Origin: Squalus acanthias
Taxonomy: Eukaryota
Direction: 5' to 3'
DNA: 64,000 bases
NCBI GenBank assembly: GCA_030390025.1
Contig: CM059432.1
Location: 108,874,001 to 108,938,000 of the forward strand
Shown: positions 1 to 13,045 of the stretch, piece by piece
How the letters are laid out: every line of letters starts with the position of its first letter
How positions within the stretch are numbered: the first letter of the stretch is position 1
Program-made: the position numbers and the translations under genes
The notes under the pieces: model-generated
What the model was told of the DNA's origin: nothing
Databases searched by the model: none
Seen by the model: only the letters and a program-made list of their open reading frames with translations

Positions 1-190
1 GCTGTGGATGCTCAGTTGTTGAGTATATTCAAGGCTGATAGATTTTTGAACTCTAGAAGAATCAAGGGATATGGGGATAGGGCAGGAAAGTGAAGTTGAG
101 GTCAAAAATCAGCCATGATCTTATTGAATGGCGGAGCAGGCTCGAGGAGGCATATAGCCTACTCCTGCTCCTAATTCTTATGTTCTTATG
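1..190 (+). mobile_element. CR1 LINE 3' end (end of ORF2 plus 3' UTR)
   Basis: 3' UTR gatcttattgaatggcggagcaggctcga...cctactcctgctcct ending in (TTCTTATG)2; the same 3' end follows CR1 ORF2 elsewhere in the window. Confidence 0.85.
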
Positions 191-621
191 ACAAAGCAGC
201 CCGCTTGATTGGCACCCCATCCACCACCTTAAACATTCACTCAATCCACCACCGTGACTGCAGTGTGTACCATCTACAAAATGTACTACAGCAACTTGCC
301 AAGGCTTCTTCAACAGCACATCCCAAACCCACAACCTCTACCAACTAGAAGGACAAGGGCATCAGGCACATTGGAACACCATCACCTCCAAGTTCCCCTC
401 CAAGTCACTGACCATCCTGACATGGAAATATATCACCGTTCCTTCATCGCTGGGTCAAAATCCTGGAACTCCCTACCTAACAGCACTGTGGGAGTACCTT
501 CACCACACAGACTGCAGGGTTCAAGAAGGCGGCTCACCACCACCTTCTCAAGGGCAATTAGGGATGGGCAATAAGCGCTGGCCTAACCAGCTCCGCCCAC
601 ATCCCATGAATGAATAAAAAA
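191..621 (+). mobile_element. Non-LTR retrotransposon 3' end (RTEX/CR1-like; same family as 34925-35755)
   Basis: Encodes AVCTIYKM...RSFIAGSKSWNSLP C-terminus and ends in gaatgaataaaaaa; near-identical minus-strand copy at 34925-35330. Confidence 0.7.
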
Positions 622-1004
622 TATGACTTGTACTTAATACTCCCTGATAGCCCAGTTCAGATCAGGCACTCACTAGATGGGGAACTGCTAACTGAAACCC
701 ACTCCCACCCCTCACCAGCAATACACCATGTGATCAAATTCAAATTTGAATGTTTTTCTAATTTAGATTTTTTGGGAGGGGGGTTTGGTGGGAGAGAGGA
801 GGCCAAGATGAGGGATATCATCCCTGGGGAATAGAACACTTTTCTAATTTGGGTACCCAGTGACATCCAAGTCTGGTACAGCATGGTTTAGATGCAGAGC
901 AAAGTCCCTTCTGGTCTGCCTCAGCCCCAATCTCAAAAAAGTGTGCCCTAGTCTACCAATGTGACAATTTCAGTTGTCATGCCAACCACACTATGCTTCA
1001 CCTA

Positions 1005-1190
1005 ATCAAATTCATAGATGCATTAAAGGGGAAGCTAGATAAGTACATGAGGGAGAAAGAAATACAAGGATATGTTGATAGAGTGAGATTAATTACGGTG
1101 GGAGGAGGCTCCTGTGGAGCATAAACACCAGCATAGACCTTTTGGGCCGAATGGCCTGTTTCTGTGGTGTAAGTACTATGTAATACTATG
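1005..1190 (+). mobile_element. CR1 LINE 3' fragment
   Basis: gatgcattaaaggggaagctagataagtacatg...gggccgaatggcctgtttctg...(tactatg)2; homologous to 16640-16830. Confidence 0.75.
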
Positions 1191-4100
1191 AAATTGAACA
1201 GTTTTGTGCTGTGACGGCTCATTTAACACTGGGACGGTTAAGGCATTCCCAAACACATTTCACACGGAACTCCTTATTGCTCACCGTGCCAACCTTTCAT
1301 CCCATCAGTTTGGGTTGGGTTTGGACCCAGGTCACAGCAGTGAAAGTGCAAGCCAAAAAATGGGTGCTTGCGATATTAGTGAACAAATGCTTAACTCAAT
1401 CGTCTGTCTGCTGTATGCATTTGAAATGATTGGGTTGGCAAATCCATTTTGTGGGATGATAAAGGAATGTGGAATGAACACATTAATTGTTCGAACACTA
1501 GTATTGGCCGAAGTAATTTCTGGGCTAACCCACGGTGCCGTCCAATCCCCATTATTTTATTTTTTGACTCTCATTTATTACTTGATAGATGCAAAGTGAT
1601 TTTTTACGAGTCAGTATTGCTGTGTGGAGCTTCACTCCACAGGAGTTTGACTTACTCCGACTTCACCTAAAATTTGAGCCAGGAACTTTAATTCATGAAA
1701 TCTACTCCACAATTAAAACAAATCAAAAAGGTGGCCTCTGTAAACAAATATTTGCGTTTTGTTTGAAGGACTCGTGACCTTATATGTTACAAACATTTGA
1801 ACGGAATTGGCACAGATTTTTTTTCTGAGGGCTATTAATTACTTTTTAAATCATGCTCACGTTGCTCCAGATTGAAAAGTTAAAGTCATCCCCTGCAAAG
1901 GGATCCCGGCGCTCGGACGTTATATGGGCTCGGAGTGCCTTTCATCAATGCATTTGATAAACATGGCATTACATGTCTCTTGGTAAAAGTTAGCTATGGG
2001 AACCACCTGTCTGGTTCTAGTGAACTTTAGCCCGTTTGTGTTAAATTCACTATAGAAACAAAATCCTGAACATGGGAGATCATGTGAGTGTTACTGTGAG
2101 AAATCTGTCCACTGTCCACAAGAAACAGTGGACAGCAAATTGCCTCTGCAATGTAAAAGACAACAGCATCAAAATATGCTCCATGAAAACTATTACATTG
2201 TAAAATAAATTAACTGTTGTTATCTGGAGGAGGGACAAATTTCACACTTTTGTGTGCGCGCTTTCTTTAGCTACGGGACTTGCACATAAATCTCTTTTTT
2301 TTAATTATACAGGGAAGCTACTGGGTTTGGAGCTGGAAAGATCAGAGACAAAACACCAGACCCAGAGCGGAGTTTCATTAATACTAGATGGCAGGAAGGA
2401 AGCTGAATCCCAGATAATGAGCAACGGGTTGCTATTTCTTTAAAGATACGTGTCTGGTGACAGTGAAAACAAAAATGACATTCAGCTGATGAACGAGCAG
2501 AGCTTGACCTACTCTTTCAACCTCTGACAATCAATCGTACCTGCTCCTTCATAAAGAATTATAACCATACCAGTCACATTTGACTCACAGAATTGTATTT
2601 TGAAATTCTTATATTTTAAACCACATGATACCCTCAGATAAGGGGGCATGTAGGTAATTACTCCCAAACAGATTATATCGCTACATTGTACATACACTTC
2701 AATAGATACCAACAATCAAACTGCATGAATTCAAAATAATTTTAATTATGTGATCTTGTTTCCGTTTTTGTCTTAATGTCTCTTCTGTTTTGGTTGTAAA
2801 TGTTGCATATTTTTGATAAGCACTTCACCCCAGTCACAGATATTGGACGTTGGCAGATTTTGGAATTTAAATAACCTTCACTAAACATGACTAAGAGATA
2901 TTTATTTTATATATATGTGTATGTGTATATATAGTTTTAAATGTGTATATACACAATATTTAATTTCAGCTCTGACAAAATATCCTTAAAGCTTTAAAAC
3001 TTAGCTGGCATTGTTCCAGAAAACTCTAAATAGGATTTGAGCAACTAACGTGCTTGTAGCGATTTAAATAGGACGCATTTGGTGTAGTCTCTTCATGAAA
3101 GTGTTTTAAGAGCAATGTTCCAATTCCAATAAAACAAAAACGCCGGGGCTCACATTATTTTCAAGTTCTATAAAAATGTATCCGCCTCACATTTGGAGAT
3201 ACTCCGCAGCTGGCTTGTTAGTGGAAAACTGAGGTCAGCGGTCTTGACAGTCCTAACAAGGATGCCAGAATTTATGAAGTGCCAAACTAAAAGAATATTG
3301 GTACCTGGAGTCTGGTGATATAATAAGTCCACTAGGGGCCAATAGTTATTCCCCTTGACTTTGTTTTCCTTTTTTCGTTTCCTTTTGTTGCTTTCTCCCC
3401 ATGTCTTCGAATCTATGCTTGAGGAAATACAAGAACTGACTTTGATCTGTGGTCGATTTAGATAATTTTATGACAGAATTTTCTTTTTTAGAACAGGTTG
3501 CTGCTTTTGGTCCATGATGTATGGAAAATGAGATGGTAGCTCTGTCAGGACTTGTTACATTTCTCGTCTTGGTATTTTAAGTAAGATCGGGACCCTTATT
3601 TTACGGTTTGGTTTATATATTATTCATGGAGCAGCATTATGCTAGTGTCAAAGTGTCAGACACCATGAGAAATGTAAAAACGTAGTGTTTACAGAGCAAG
3701 CGCTCAGTTTCAAATGTGACTTAACTATCACTGATGTGATTTTTTTCCTTATGTGTGGTTATTCCACACTCATAAAAAATCCGCCCCCAAGGTATCTTGT
3801 CTGATGCAGTTCAAAGGTAAGTAATCTCTTCATAGAAATTAAGACGCTCAAAAATATTTCAAAATCTTCATTGATTTATCGAATCTCCAACAAGAAGTCT
3901 TTTTTTTAAAGAAAGGAAGTTAGCTTTATTTATTCAGACTTTTTTTGGCATGTTTTTGTTTCCTGAATCAAATGCTTTGTTTACATTTCCGAATGAAGCA
4001 CTTTGTTGTACTTATCCTGGTGGGTTTCCAGTGCACATTTCGGTTGTTCGTGGTCGCCATTCAGTCTGCATTTGCCTACACGGGGGGGGGGCGGAGGGTG

Positions 4101-4507
4101 GGGGGAAGTTTGTAAAGTTTGAATTATTCAACACTAATGTTAGGCAACGTATAATGCAGAGTAGAAAAGCAATGCTGGGAGCTACTTAAACATTACCTTG
4201 ACATTGCAGAATCCTCCATAACCTGCTATTTGCTCGCAGAATTTACTTCTCCACTATGCACTGATTTAGTACCATACTGCGGGCTCTCACCAATTGTGAA
4301 ATAGCCATCTTCCTCGGCGTATCGAGTGGAAAACAAACCCCAATCTGAGCCCGAGAATCAAAAACGGTTGCTCATATCCCCAGAGTGTAGCCCAAAACTC
4401 CTCTACTCCTCGTGGCTCTGGTGCAGCCATCCTCCATTACCTGCTGGGTTCAGGGAGAATACTCAAAACAGGGGTACAAGGAAGTCAGATATCCACTTTA
4501 TCAAATG

Positions 4508-4972
4508 AAGCTCGAGGAACAGCACCTCATCTTTCGTTTAGGCACGCTACAGCCCTCTGGACTCAATATCGAGTTCAACAATTTTAGATCATAACCTCAG
4601 CTCCAATCATATTTATATTTTATTTTATCCACCCTTTTATTTGTCCCCCCCCCCCACCTTTTTTTTTCCTCCTAGAAGCTGGCAGCTGTCCTTCATTCTG
4701 CCAGTGGATTTCACACTTCATTCAGCCTTAATCTGTCACATTAACACCACCTCTAGCCTTGCATATCTCTTAATGTCTCCATGTCTCTTCATCTCCCCCT
4801 TTGTTCCTTTATCCCCTCCCCCTTTTCCCAGCTTTACCCTGGCCTTAAATCTATTTGATTTCCGGCTCTTCCCAGTTCTGATGAAAGGTCATCGACCTGA
4901 AACGTTAACTCTCTTTCTCTCTCCACGGATGCTGCCTGGCCTGCTGAGTTTTTCCAGCGTTTTCTGTTGTTA
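4508..4972 (+). mobile_element. Penelope-like element family A, 5'-truncated, tail-less
   Basis: Encodes the ORF C-terminus KLEEQHLIFRLGTLQPSGLNIEFNNFRS* plus pLTR; flanked by direct repeat TTATCAAATGAAG (4498-4510, 4973-4985). Confidence 0.9.
4874..4910 (+). ncRNA. Minimal hammerhead ribozyme motif (PLE-A)
   Basis: AGTT-CTGATGA-A-AGGTC-ATC-GACCT-GAAA-CG-TT-AACT: stem I, CUGANGA core, stem II, GAAA, palindromic AACGTT stem III. Confidence 0.85.
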
Positions 4973-5117
4973 TTATCAAATGAAGTATTTGAACAGATTT
5001 TCTTTGTGCCCCTATTATGATATAGAACTAGGCAACTCCGGGGAAAGATTTCATGCACCATGGCACAATATTCAGATTGCAACAGTGAACAGCCAAACCC
5101 ACCTTTGTCATTCCTTA

Positions 5118-5470
5118 AAACAAAAGCAAAATACTGCAGATGCTGGCAATCTGAAATAAAAACAGAAGATGCTGAAAATACTCAGCAGGTCAGGGCGAAA
5201 CAGAGGTAACATTTCAGGTCAATAACCTTTCATCAGAACTGGAAGATGTCAGAGATGAGCAGCTTTAAAGCAAGTGCGGAGCCAGGGAAAAGTGTGAGGG
5301 GGAGGGTGGGTGGAGGTAAAGAATAAAAGGGGAAGATCTGCGACAGGGAGGAAGGCAGGAGTGATTAAATGACAAAGGGATGAAGGTGCAAGGCAAAAGG
5401 GGTGGTAATGAGACAAGTAAAGATATAAAAGATGGGTCCAGAGGAGGTGTAAATGGTTACAGCAGAATAG
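5118..5470 (-). mobile_element. PLE-A pLTR, older diverged copy with tail
   Basis: Reverse complement of the pLTR/tail (caaaagcaaaatactgcagatgctgg...tttcatcagaact); HHR degenerate. Confidence 0.8.
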
Positions 5471-5539
5471 CGGAGGGCGAGGGAAGCATGGAAAATCTCC
5501 CGTGGCCTAGGAATGTGGCAGAAGAAAGGCAGGTAAACC

Positions 5540-6233
5540 CAGGGGTGCAGACGTCATTACAACTGTGAATCTGACAGCAACTTCTGGAGTACGCACATGC
5601 GCAAATAAACGCGGAAATCCAGAATTTGTTTCAGTCATTCCCTGCTCCTCCACAGGGCCAGAGCCGGCAATCAATTGAAATCACTGAACTGACGAAAACT
5701 TCCCCTTTTACGCTGAAATATCGCTGTTAAAAACCCCTGAAAAAGTTAAGCCTTGTTGAATGAGGTGTAATTACTGCTGAACAACCATTCTGGTCCTGAA
5801 AAACTGATTTTACATTTGTGGAATGTCAAATTTTTCCATTATGATAAAAATTCCATGGTTTTTAACATAATAAAAAATGTGGGTTTTTTTCAAAAGTTTG
5901 TTTATGTTATTTCAGCTTCTACCTTAAACCCATGTGTATGTCCCAATCTTTATTTCGCTCTCTGTTAAACGATGAAAAAGTGAAGGAAAATCAGTGCATT
6001 TTACTTCCTGGTTTGCTGTCCCTGAGAATTCTTCAATGTGATTGGCTGCTTAGCCAGCTTGATGACATCACTGTTACTGGACGCTGGAGAGCCCCTAGAC
6101 TTGGTGTCAGATTCAAATTAATGCAGGGAGAGGTGAAATCGATGCCACAGAGATCACTAGATCTGTGTGGACAGCTTTCTTCATAGTCAGCGGCGAGCGC
6201 CATCACTTCGCCACTAACCGCAAAATCCGGTTC
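5540..6233. mobile_element. Harbinger-type MITE fragment (related to 7496-8990)
   Basis: Ends taaccgcaaaatccggttc like 8972-8990; shares internal segments (acttcc.tg.tttgctgtc..tgagaattct...gattggct) with that element. Confidence 0.55.
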
Positions 6234-6289
6234 AATTTTTTTTTTCAAGAAAGGTGCTTGTTATAATCTCTTGGCAAGAGATCCTTTCA

Positions 6290-6690
6290 GGGGTGAGCTA
6301 ATCTAGGTGTTTAAAATGATAAAGGAATTCGATAGGGTAGCTACAGAGAAACTATTTCCTCTGGTGGGGGAATCCAGAACAAGAGGGCACAATCTTGAAA
6401 TTATACCTCAGCCATTTAGGAGTGAAATCAGGAAGTACTTATTCACACAAAGCGCAGTGGAAATCTGGAACTCTCTCCCCAAAAGGCTGTGGATGCTGTG
6501 ATAATTAGAGCTTTCAAGACTGAGGTCATTAGATTTTAGTTAGGTAAGAGGATCAAGGGATAGGGAACAAAGTGGGGGGGGGGGGGTGGGGTGGTTTGCG
6601 GAGGTAAATAGAGTTGAGGTACAGATCAGCCATGATTGAATTGAATGGTGGGACAAGCTCAAGGTTCTGAATGGTCTACGCCTGTTCCTC
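6290..6690 (+). mobile_element. CR1 LINE 3' fragment
   Basis: FKMIKEFDRV..EKLFPLVGESRTRGH..IWNSLP plus CR1 3' UTR. Confidence 0.85.
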
Positions 6691-7495
6691 TGACACTTGT
6701 CCATCTCCTCTTTTTGTTCAGGTCCATTCCACGCTACGGGCCCTGCAGCATAAAGATTGGAGGGAGAGAACCTTCCTTGATGATGCACTGTCACCCTCTC
6801 CATCCATCCCAAGCACCTCAGGCGAGATAGATAGTGAGTTAGAGGGGTCTAGACAGGGTGACTCCCTCAGCACTAGTGAGCAAGAGCTGGTGTCAGACCA
6901 GGAGACGGCTGGCTGGAGGGAATATCTGCTATGTGCACCAGTAATTGCTCGAGGCATTGGACTGCCTGCCTAAGAGTTGCCGCACCATGTCTGAGAGTTT
7001 GGAGTCCACATCCAGCTTAAGTGGTATTCTGGCGGAAAGCATGGAATCTACCATGGAGCATGTGGTCACCACTATAGATGCTGCAGCTGGACTCTCACAA
7101 CAGGAATCTGAGTCACCAGCACTAGCACCTTTGATCGAAGCTCAAACAGGAACCATTCAGACACAGGTGTTTATATCGGATCTCTGCAAGTTTCCGTGGG
7201 TTTCTTAGTGGCATGATCAGCCTCGTCTGCCACAAGGATATCCCGGGGTAGATTTTCAACTTGCCACCCGGGCATAAAACTGCTGTCATAGATCAATCGC
7301 ACAGTGTAGAAACCACCCAATATTCATCCTGTTCCTCCTCTTCCTGCAGCCAGTTATCACCTCTCTGCAACAAAATGCTAAAAAAAACACAATTTCAGAT
7401 GGAAGGCCCAGTCACAAAGCCACCTTCCATTGTCCAGATAGATCCTAACGATCTGACTAATTGCAGGTGCGTGCCCCTTTAAATCGTGAGATAAT

Positions 7496-8990
7496 AGCCC
7501 AGAATTTGCAGTCGGGATGACGGCGAACTGGTAGCATTCGCCGTCATTCCACCTTTGAAACTGACTGCAACTTCAGGGTTTGGCGCTTGCGGAAATCCTG
7601 AGGTTGCGGTCTGTCACTGATGGCTCCGAAACAGGCTGCACTGTGCTCTGTACCACCACCGCACCGCACCCCCCCCCCCCCCCCGCCACAGAGCCGGCAA
7701 TCTGTGTAATCACCCAAATCAGGGAACCTGATGAAAACTGCAGGGGGTAAAAATTGGGTAGCGCCCCAAAAGGCGCCCCGAAAAAATTAGCGCCCCCACG
7801 GCCGATTTTCGCAGGTAGCGCTCCAAGAGGGAGGAGGGGCGCCACTGGAAGCGCCCCGCGTCCCTCTTGGGGTGCTGCGAGCCAATATCGTGGCGCTATG
7901 TGCCGCGGTACTTCAGGCCTTCCTCCCCTTATTAAGGGGGAGGGGCCTGGCACAGCGTGTCCTGGCGCCCAGCTGGGCCACCAGGGATCAGGAGTGCCGG
8001 CAAACGAGCCCGGCACTCATGAGGAGTTCTGGGCTCACGGAGAGCAGCCGGCACCCCGTGGGGGGGGGTGGTTTCAGGAGGCCGGGGACAGCAACGGGGG
8101 CAGGTGCTGGCAGGCGGCCAGCAACAAAAATGGCCGCCCGCCACCTCCCCTTTAACTAGCGCCGCCCCGGACGCAGGTAGGCCCCCCTGACCCTGGCGGA
8201 CATAGCGTCCGGCGGTAAGTCGGGGGGCGCCACCCAATATTACAGCCGGGGCGCGAGCGGGGCGCTGCGCATGGCGATGACGTCATTGCCGGCGGCGCAG
8301 CACCGCGCGGCGTTAACGGTTAGCGCCGCTGCTAATCTCCCACTGAATTTCGTGGGAGGCATTAGCAGCGCCGCGCCCAGGCGCTAGTTGATTTGCGCCC
8401 CGTTAGTGCCCTCTTAGGGTGCTAATGGGAGGTGCAAATCAACCGAATTTAGCCCCCCAGCTCTTCCACAGAAAGTATGCTGTTAAATTTCCCACTAAAA
8501 GTTAGACCCAAAGTGATTAGGTGTAACTGGGCTTTTAGCAATGTTATTACTGCTAAACAAATGTTAAGGGAATGGAAAACTAATTTAAATTTTCTGCAGT
8601 TTGAAATTTGTACATTTTAATAAAAATTAAAATTTTGAAGAAACATTAAAAAAAAAATTAAGTTTCTCCATCTCTATTTCAGGTTTGCCTTTCCCCCATG
8701 TGAGAGCCCCAATATTTGTTTTGCTCTTTCTAACATTTTTATAAAGTTAGAATTTTAAAAGCTTACTCACTTCCTTGTTTGCTGTCTGTAAGAATTCTGA
8801 GTTTTGATTGGCTCCTCAGACAGCTTGTTTATGTCACAACAGTTCGCACAAGGAGTCCCCCACTATACTTCGTTGATTTGAATTGAATGTTGGAAAACAT
8901 GACGTTCTCAACACAGGGATTGCGAGATCCTTATGCAAAGCGTACTTTGGGGCCAGCCTTCTCTTCGCTGCTAACCGCAAATTCCGGGCC
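7496..8990. mobile_element. Harbinger-type MITE containing a nested MITE
   Basis: Imperfect 12-bp TIRs AGCCCAGAATTT / AAATTCCGGGCC with a 3-bp AAT duplication. Confidence 0.7.
7744..8457. mobile_element. GC-rich Harbinger-type MITE (nested)
   Basis: TIRs GGGGTAAAAATT / AATTTAGCCCCC, CAG duplication, TAGCGCC/GGCGCTA subterminal repeats; related to 30248-30994 and 63872-64000. Confidence 0.7.
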
Positions 8991-10039
8991 AATGTTCGCT
9001 TCCGACCATTGCCGCCTAGTGGTACTGAATTAGGACTCTGATGTGCATACATGTATGATGCTATTGCCTGTTTCAGAAAGTCGCTCTGGCCACCTATGCC
9101 TGAGCCAGAATTAAAATGGCAACGGGAGGGTCGGCAGCAGGAACGTGGAAGAAATCCATTCCCCCCCGAAGCCGGTCAGTGGGCAAGTGCTTTGAAATTA
9201 CTTCTGGAGTCTCAAAGTATGAAAGAGGACTGAGCTGTCAGTGTTCTCTTACTGCTCTCTCGACTGTTCTCAGAATCTGTTCCAATCTAGATTAACATAA
9301 CTGAATATATAGCAGTATATGCTAACGCTCCACTGCATCATAAGCAATCCGTCTGCAGATTGTGGCACCACCTGTCCAATCAGCGCCTTCAATTTATGGA
9401 CTGTCAGTACATTTCTAATATTAAGCTCTTCCAAGTAAAACTTAAGCAGTTTGAGCTAGTGTCCCTTGCTCGTTCTCGTCCATAATCCTTGTCGATCCAC
9501 TCCTCTATCTGCTTGAAAGTGGCCTGTAGACCCTCGGGGGACAGCTCCTGATATAAGATTTGCTTCAGAAGACCATCTAGAGCAGTCATCATTTCAGTAT
9601 TAGTACCTCTCTCACTTTTGTGTCAACGTTTGTGTCCTTTTTGTGAATGTAAGGTTCTAAAGGCATCAAGCTGAAAAATGCTGTTCAAAGTTTTAATTAA
9701 TTTGGAGGTGTCAGTGCCATTCAGCTCAGAGTCCAATTGTATGAGATTTGTGCAGATATTGATTGCATATTGGTAGCACTCTGCAACTAGCTCTGCTGAC
9801 TCGAGATAAGTTCCTGCATATATGTCAGCAGTTCCCTTTTTATGGTGAAGTCGAAAGGAAGTTTCTGATTCATGGGTGGATTTGGGAAAGGTGGGGGGTG
9901 GGATTCACGCCGCATTGCTGACTCCCCATCATTTAAACTAGCCTGAAAGCAGTTAAACCAGTCATCTGGGCTCGGACACCATTTTTACAGAGGCCCTGAC
10001 TAACAGCCGCACGGTCTCAAACCCGCCAGCAAAATCTGG

Positions 10040-13000
10040 TGGCAGCAAGGACTATAGAGTAGTGATAATGGGGGACTTCAACTATCCTAATATAGACTGG
10101 GATAGTAATAGTGTAAAGAGCAGGGAGGGGGAAGAATTTCTGAAGTGTGTTCAGGAGAACTTTCTTGATCAGTACATTTCTGGCCCAACGAGGAAGGAGG
10201 CATTGCTGGATCTGGTTCTGGGGAATGAAGTAGGTCAAGTGGAGCAATTGCCAGTAGGGGAACATTTAGGGAACAGTGATCATAGTATCATAAGGTTTAG
10301 ATTAGCTATGGAAAAGGACAGGGAGCAATCTGAAGGTGGGAAGGCAAGTGCAGCAGGCAGTCAAGAAAGCAAATGGCATGATGGCCTTCATAGCAAGGGG
10401 ATTTGAGTACAGGAGTAGGGAGGTGATGCTACAGTTGTACAGGGCCTTGGTGAGGCCACACCTGGAGTATTGTGTGCAGTTTTGGTCTCCTAACTTGAGG
10501 AAGGACATTCTTGCTATTGAGGGAGTGCAACGAAGGTTCACTAGATTGATTCCTGGGATGGCCAGACTGACATATCAAGAAAGACTGTATCAACTGAACT
10601 TGTATCCTCTGGAGTTCAGAAGAATGAGGGGGGATCTTATAGAGACGTTTAAAATCCTGACTGGTTTAGACAAATTAGATGCGGGCAGAATGTTTCCAAT
10701 GTTAGGGAAAACTAAAACCAGGGGTCACAGTCTAAGGATAAAGGGGAAGCCATTTAAGACTGAGATGAGGAGGAACTTCTTCACCCAGAGAGTGGTGAAT
10801 CTGTGGAATTCTCTACCACAGAAGGTTGTTGAGGCCAGTTCGCTAAATATATTCAAAAGGGAGTTAGATATAATACTCACAACTAGGGGGATCAAGGGGT
10901 ATGGCGAGAAAGCAGGAATGGGGTACTGAGGTAGCATGTTCAGCCATGAACGCATTGAATGGCGGTGCAGGCTCGAAGGACTGAATGGGCTACTCCTGCA
11001 CCTATTTTCTATGTTTCTATACTAAAAATACTTAATTGGAGAAAGGCAAATCTCAGTGGGATGAGAACGGATCTGGCTTGGGTAAACTGGAATCAAAGAT
11101 TGGCAGGCAAAACTGTAATCGAACAATGGGCTGCCTTTAAAGAGGAAATAGTTCGGGTACAGTTGAGGTACATTCCCACTAGGGGGAAAGGTAGGGCAAC
11201 TAAAGTCAGAGCTCCCTGGATGATGAAAGAGATAGAGAGTAAGATGAAGCAGAAAAAGAGCACGTATGACAGATGTCAAGTCGAGAATATATCTGAGAAT
11301 CAGGCTAAATATAGAAAGTTCAGAGGAGAAGTGAAAAAGAAAATAAGCGGGGTAAAGAGAGGATATGAGAATAGAATGGCAGCTAACATGAAAGGTAATC
11401 CAAAAGTCTTCTGTAGGCATATAAATAGTAAACGGGTAGTAAGAGGAGGGGTGGGGCCGATTAGGGACCAAAAAGGAGACCTACGTATGGAGGCAGAGGG
11501 TATGGATGAGGTACTAAATGAATACTTTGTCTTCACCAAGGAAGAGGATGCTGCCATAGACGTAATAAAGGAGGAGGTAGAGGAAATACTGGATGGGATA
11601 AGAATTTATAAAGACGAGGTACTAGAAAGGCTGGCTGTACTTAAAGTAGATAAGTCACCAGGACCGGATGGGATGCATCCTAGGATGCTGAGGGAAGTGA
11701 AGGAAGAAATTGCGGAGGTACTGGCCATAATCTTCCAATCCTCCCTAGAAACAGGGCTGGTGCCAGAGGACTGGAGAATTGTAAATGTTACACCCTTGTT
11801 CAAAAAAGGGTGTAAAGATAAACCCAGCAACTACAGGCTGGTCAGTTTAACCTCGGTAGTGGGGAAGCTTTTAGAAACAATAATCAGGGACAAAATTAAC
11901 AGTCACTTGGACAAGTGTGGATTAATTAAGGAAAGACAGCACGGATTTGTTAAAGGCAAATCGTGTTTAACCAACTTGATCAAGTTTTTTGACGAGGTAA
12001 CAGAGAGGGTTGCTGAGGGCAATGTGGTTGACGTGGTGTACATGGATTTCCAAAAGGCTTTCGACAAAGTGCCACATAATAGGCTTGCCAACAAAGTTGA
12101 AGCCTGTGGAATAACCGGGACAGTGGCAGCATGGATACAAAATTGGCTAAGTGACAGGAAACAGGGAGTAGTGGTGAACGGTTGTTTTTTGGACTGGGGG
12201 AAGGTGGTGTTCCCCAGGAGTCGGTTCTAGGACCACTGCTTTTCTTGATATATATTAATGACTTGGATGTGGGTGTACAGGGCACAATTTCAAAATTTAC
12301 AGAAGACACAAAACTTGGAAGTATAGTGAACAGTGAGGAGGATAGTGATAGACTTCAAGAGGACATAGACAAGTTGGTGGAATGGGCGGACACGTGGCAG
12401 ATGAAATTTTACGCAGAAAAGTGTGAAATGATACATTTTGGTAGAAAGAATGGGGAGAGGAAATATAAACTAAAGGGTACAATCCTAAAGTGGGTGCATG
12501 AACAGAGAGACCATGGGGTATATGTGCACAAATCATTGAAGGTGGCAGGGCAGGTTGAGAAAGCAGTTAACAAAGCTTATGGGATCCTGGGCTTCATGAA
12601 TAGAGAAGCTGGGGTTGTTCTCCTTAGAGCAGAGAAGGTTGAGAGGAGATTTGATAGAGGTGTTCAAAATCATGAAGGGTCTGGACAGAGTAGATAGAGA
12701 GAAACTATTCCCATTGGCAGAAGGGTCGAGAACCAGAGGACACAGATTTAAGGTGATTGGCAAAAGAATCAAAGACGACATAAGAAAAAAACATTTTACT
12801 CAGCGAGTGGTTAGGATCTGGAATGCACTGCCTGAAAAGGTGGTGGAGACAGACTCAATCACGGCTTTCAAAAAGGAGTTGGATAAGTACCTGAAAGAAA
12901 AACATTTGCTGGGCTACGGGGAAATTACAGAGGAGTGGGACTAGCTCAGGTGCTCGTGCAGAGAGCCGGCATGGGCTCGACGGGCCGAATGGCCTTCTTC

Positions 13001-13045
13001 CGTGCTGTAACCATTCTATAATTCTATGAGTCTATGATTCTATAA
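10040..13045 (+). mobile_element. CR1 LINE ORF2 (end of APE plus RT), defective, interrupted by a second CR1
   Basis: IMGDFNYPNIDW...SDH (APE); [41 protein letters not shown] (RT); frameshift ~12200, deletion ~12605; (ATTCTATG)n-like tail. Confidence 0.95.
10332..11020 (+). mobile_element. CR1 LINE 3' fragment nested in the previous CR1
   Basis: 197-aa ORF2 C-terminus ([19 protein letters not shown]...LWNSLP) plus UTR ending ttctatgtttctat; outer ORF resumes at ~11021. Confidence 0.92.

Noticed and set aside
7573..8237. GC-rich ORFs or a CpG-island promoter
   Set aside because: Lie within TIR/TSD-bounded MITEs with relatives at 30248 and 63872; stop-poor because of GC content
10959..12230. 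423-aa ORF as an intact gene
   Set aside because: Starts in the UTR of a nested CR1 and is a frameshifted fragment of CR1 ORF2
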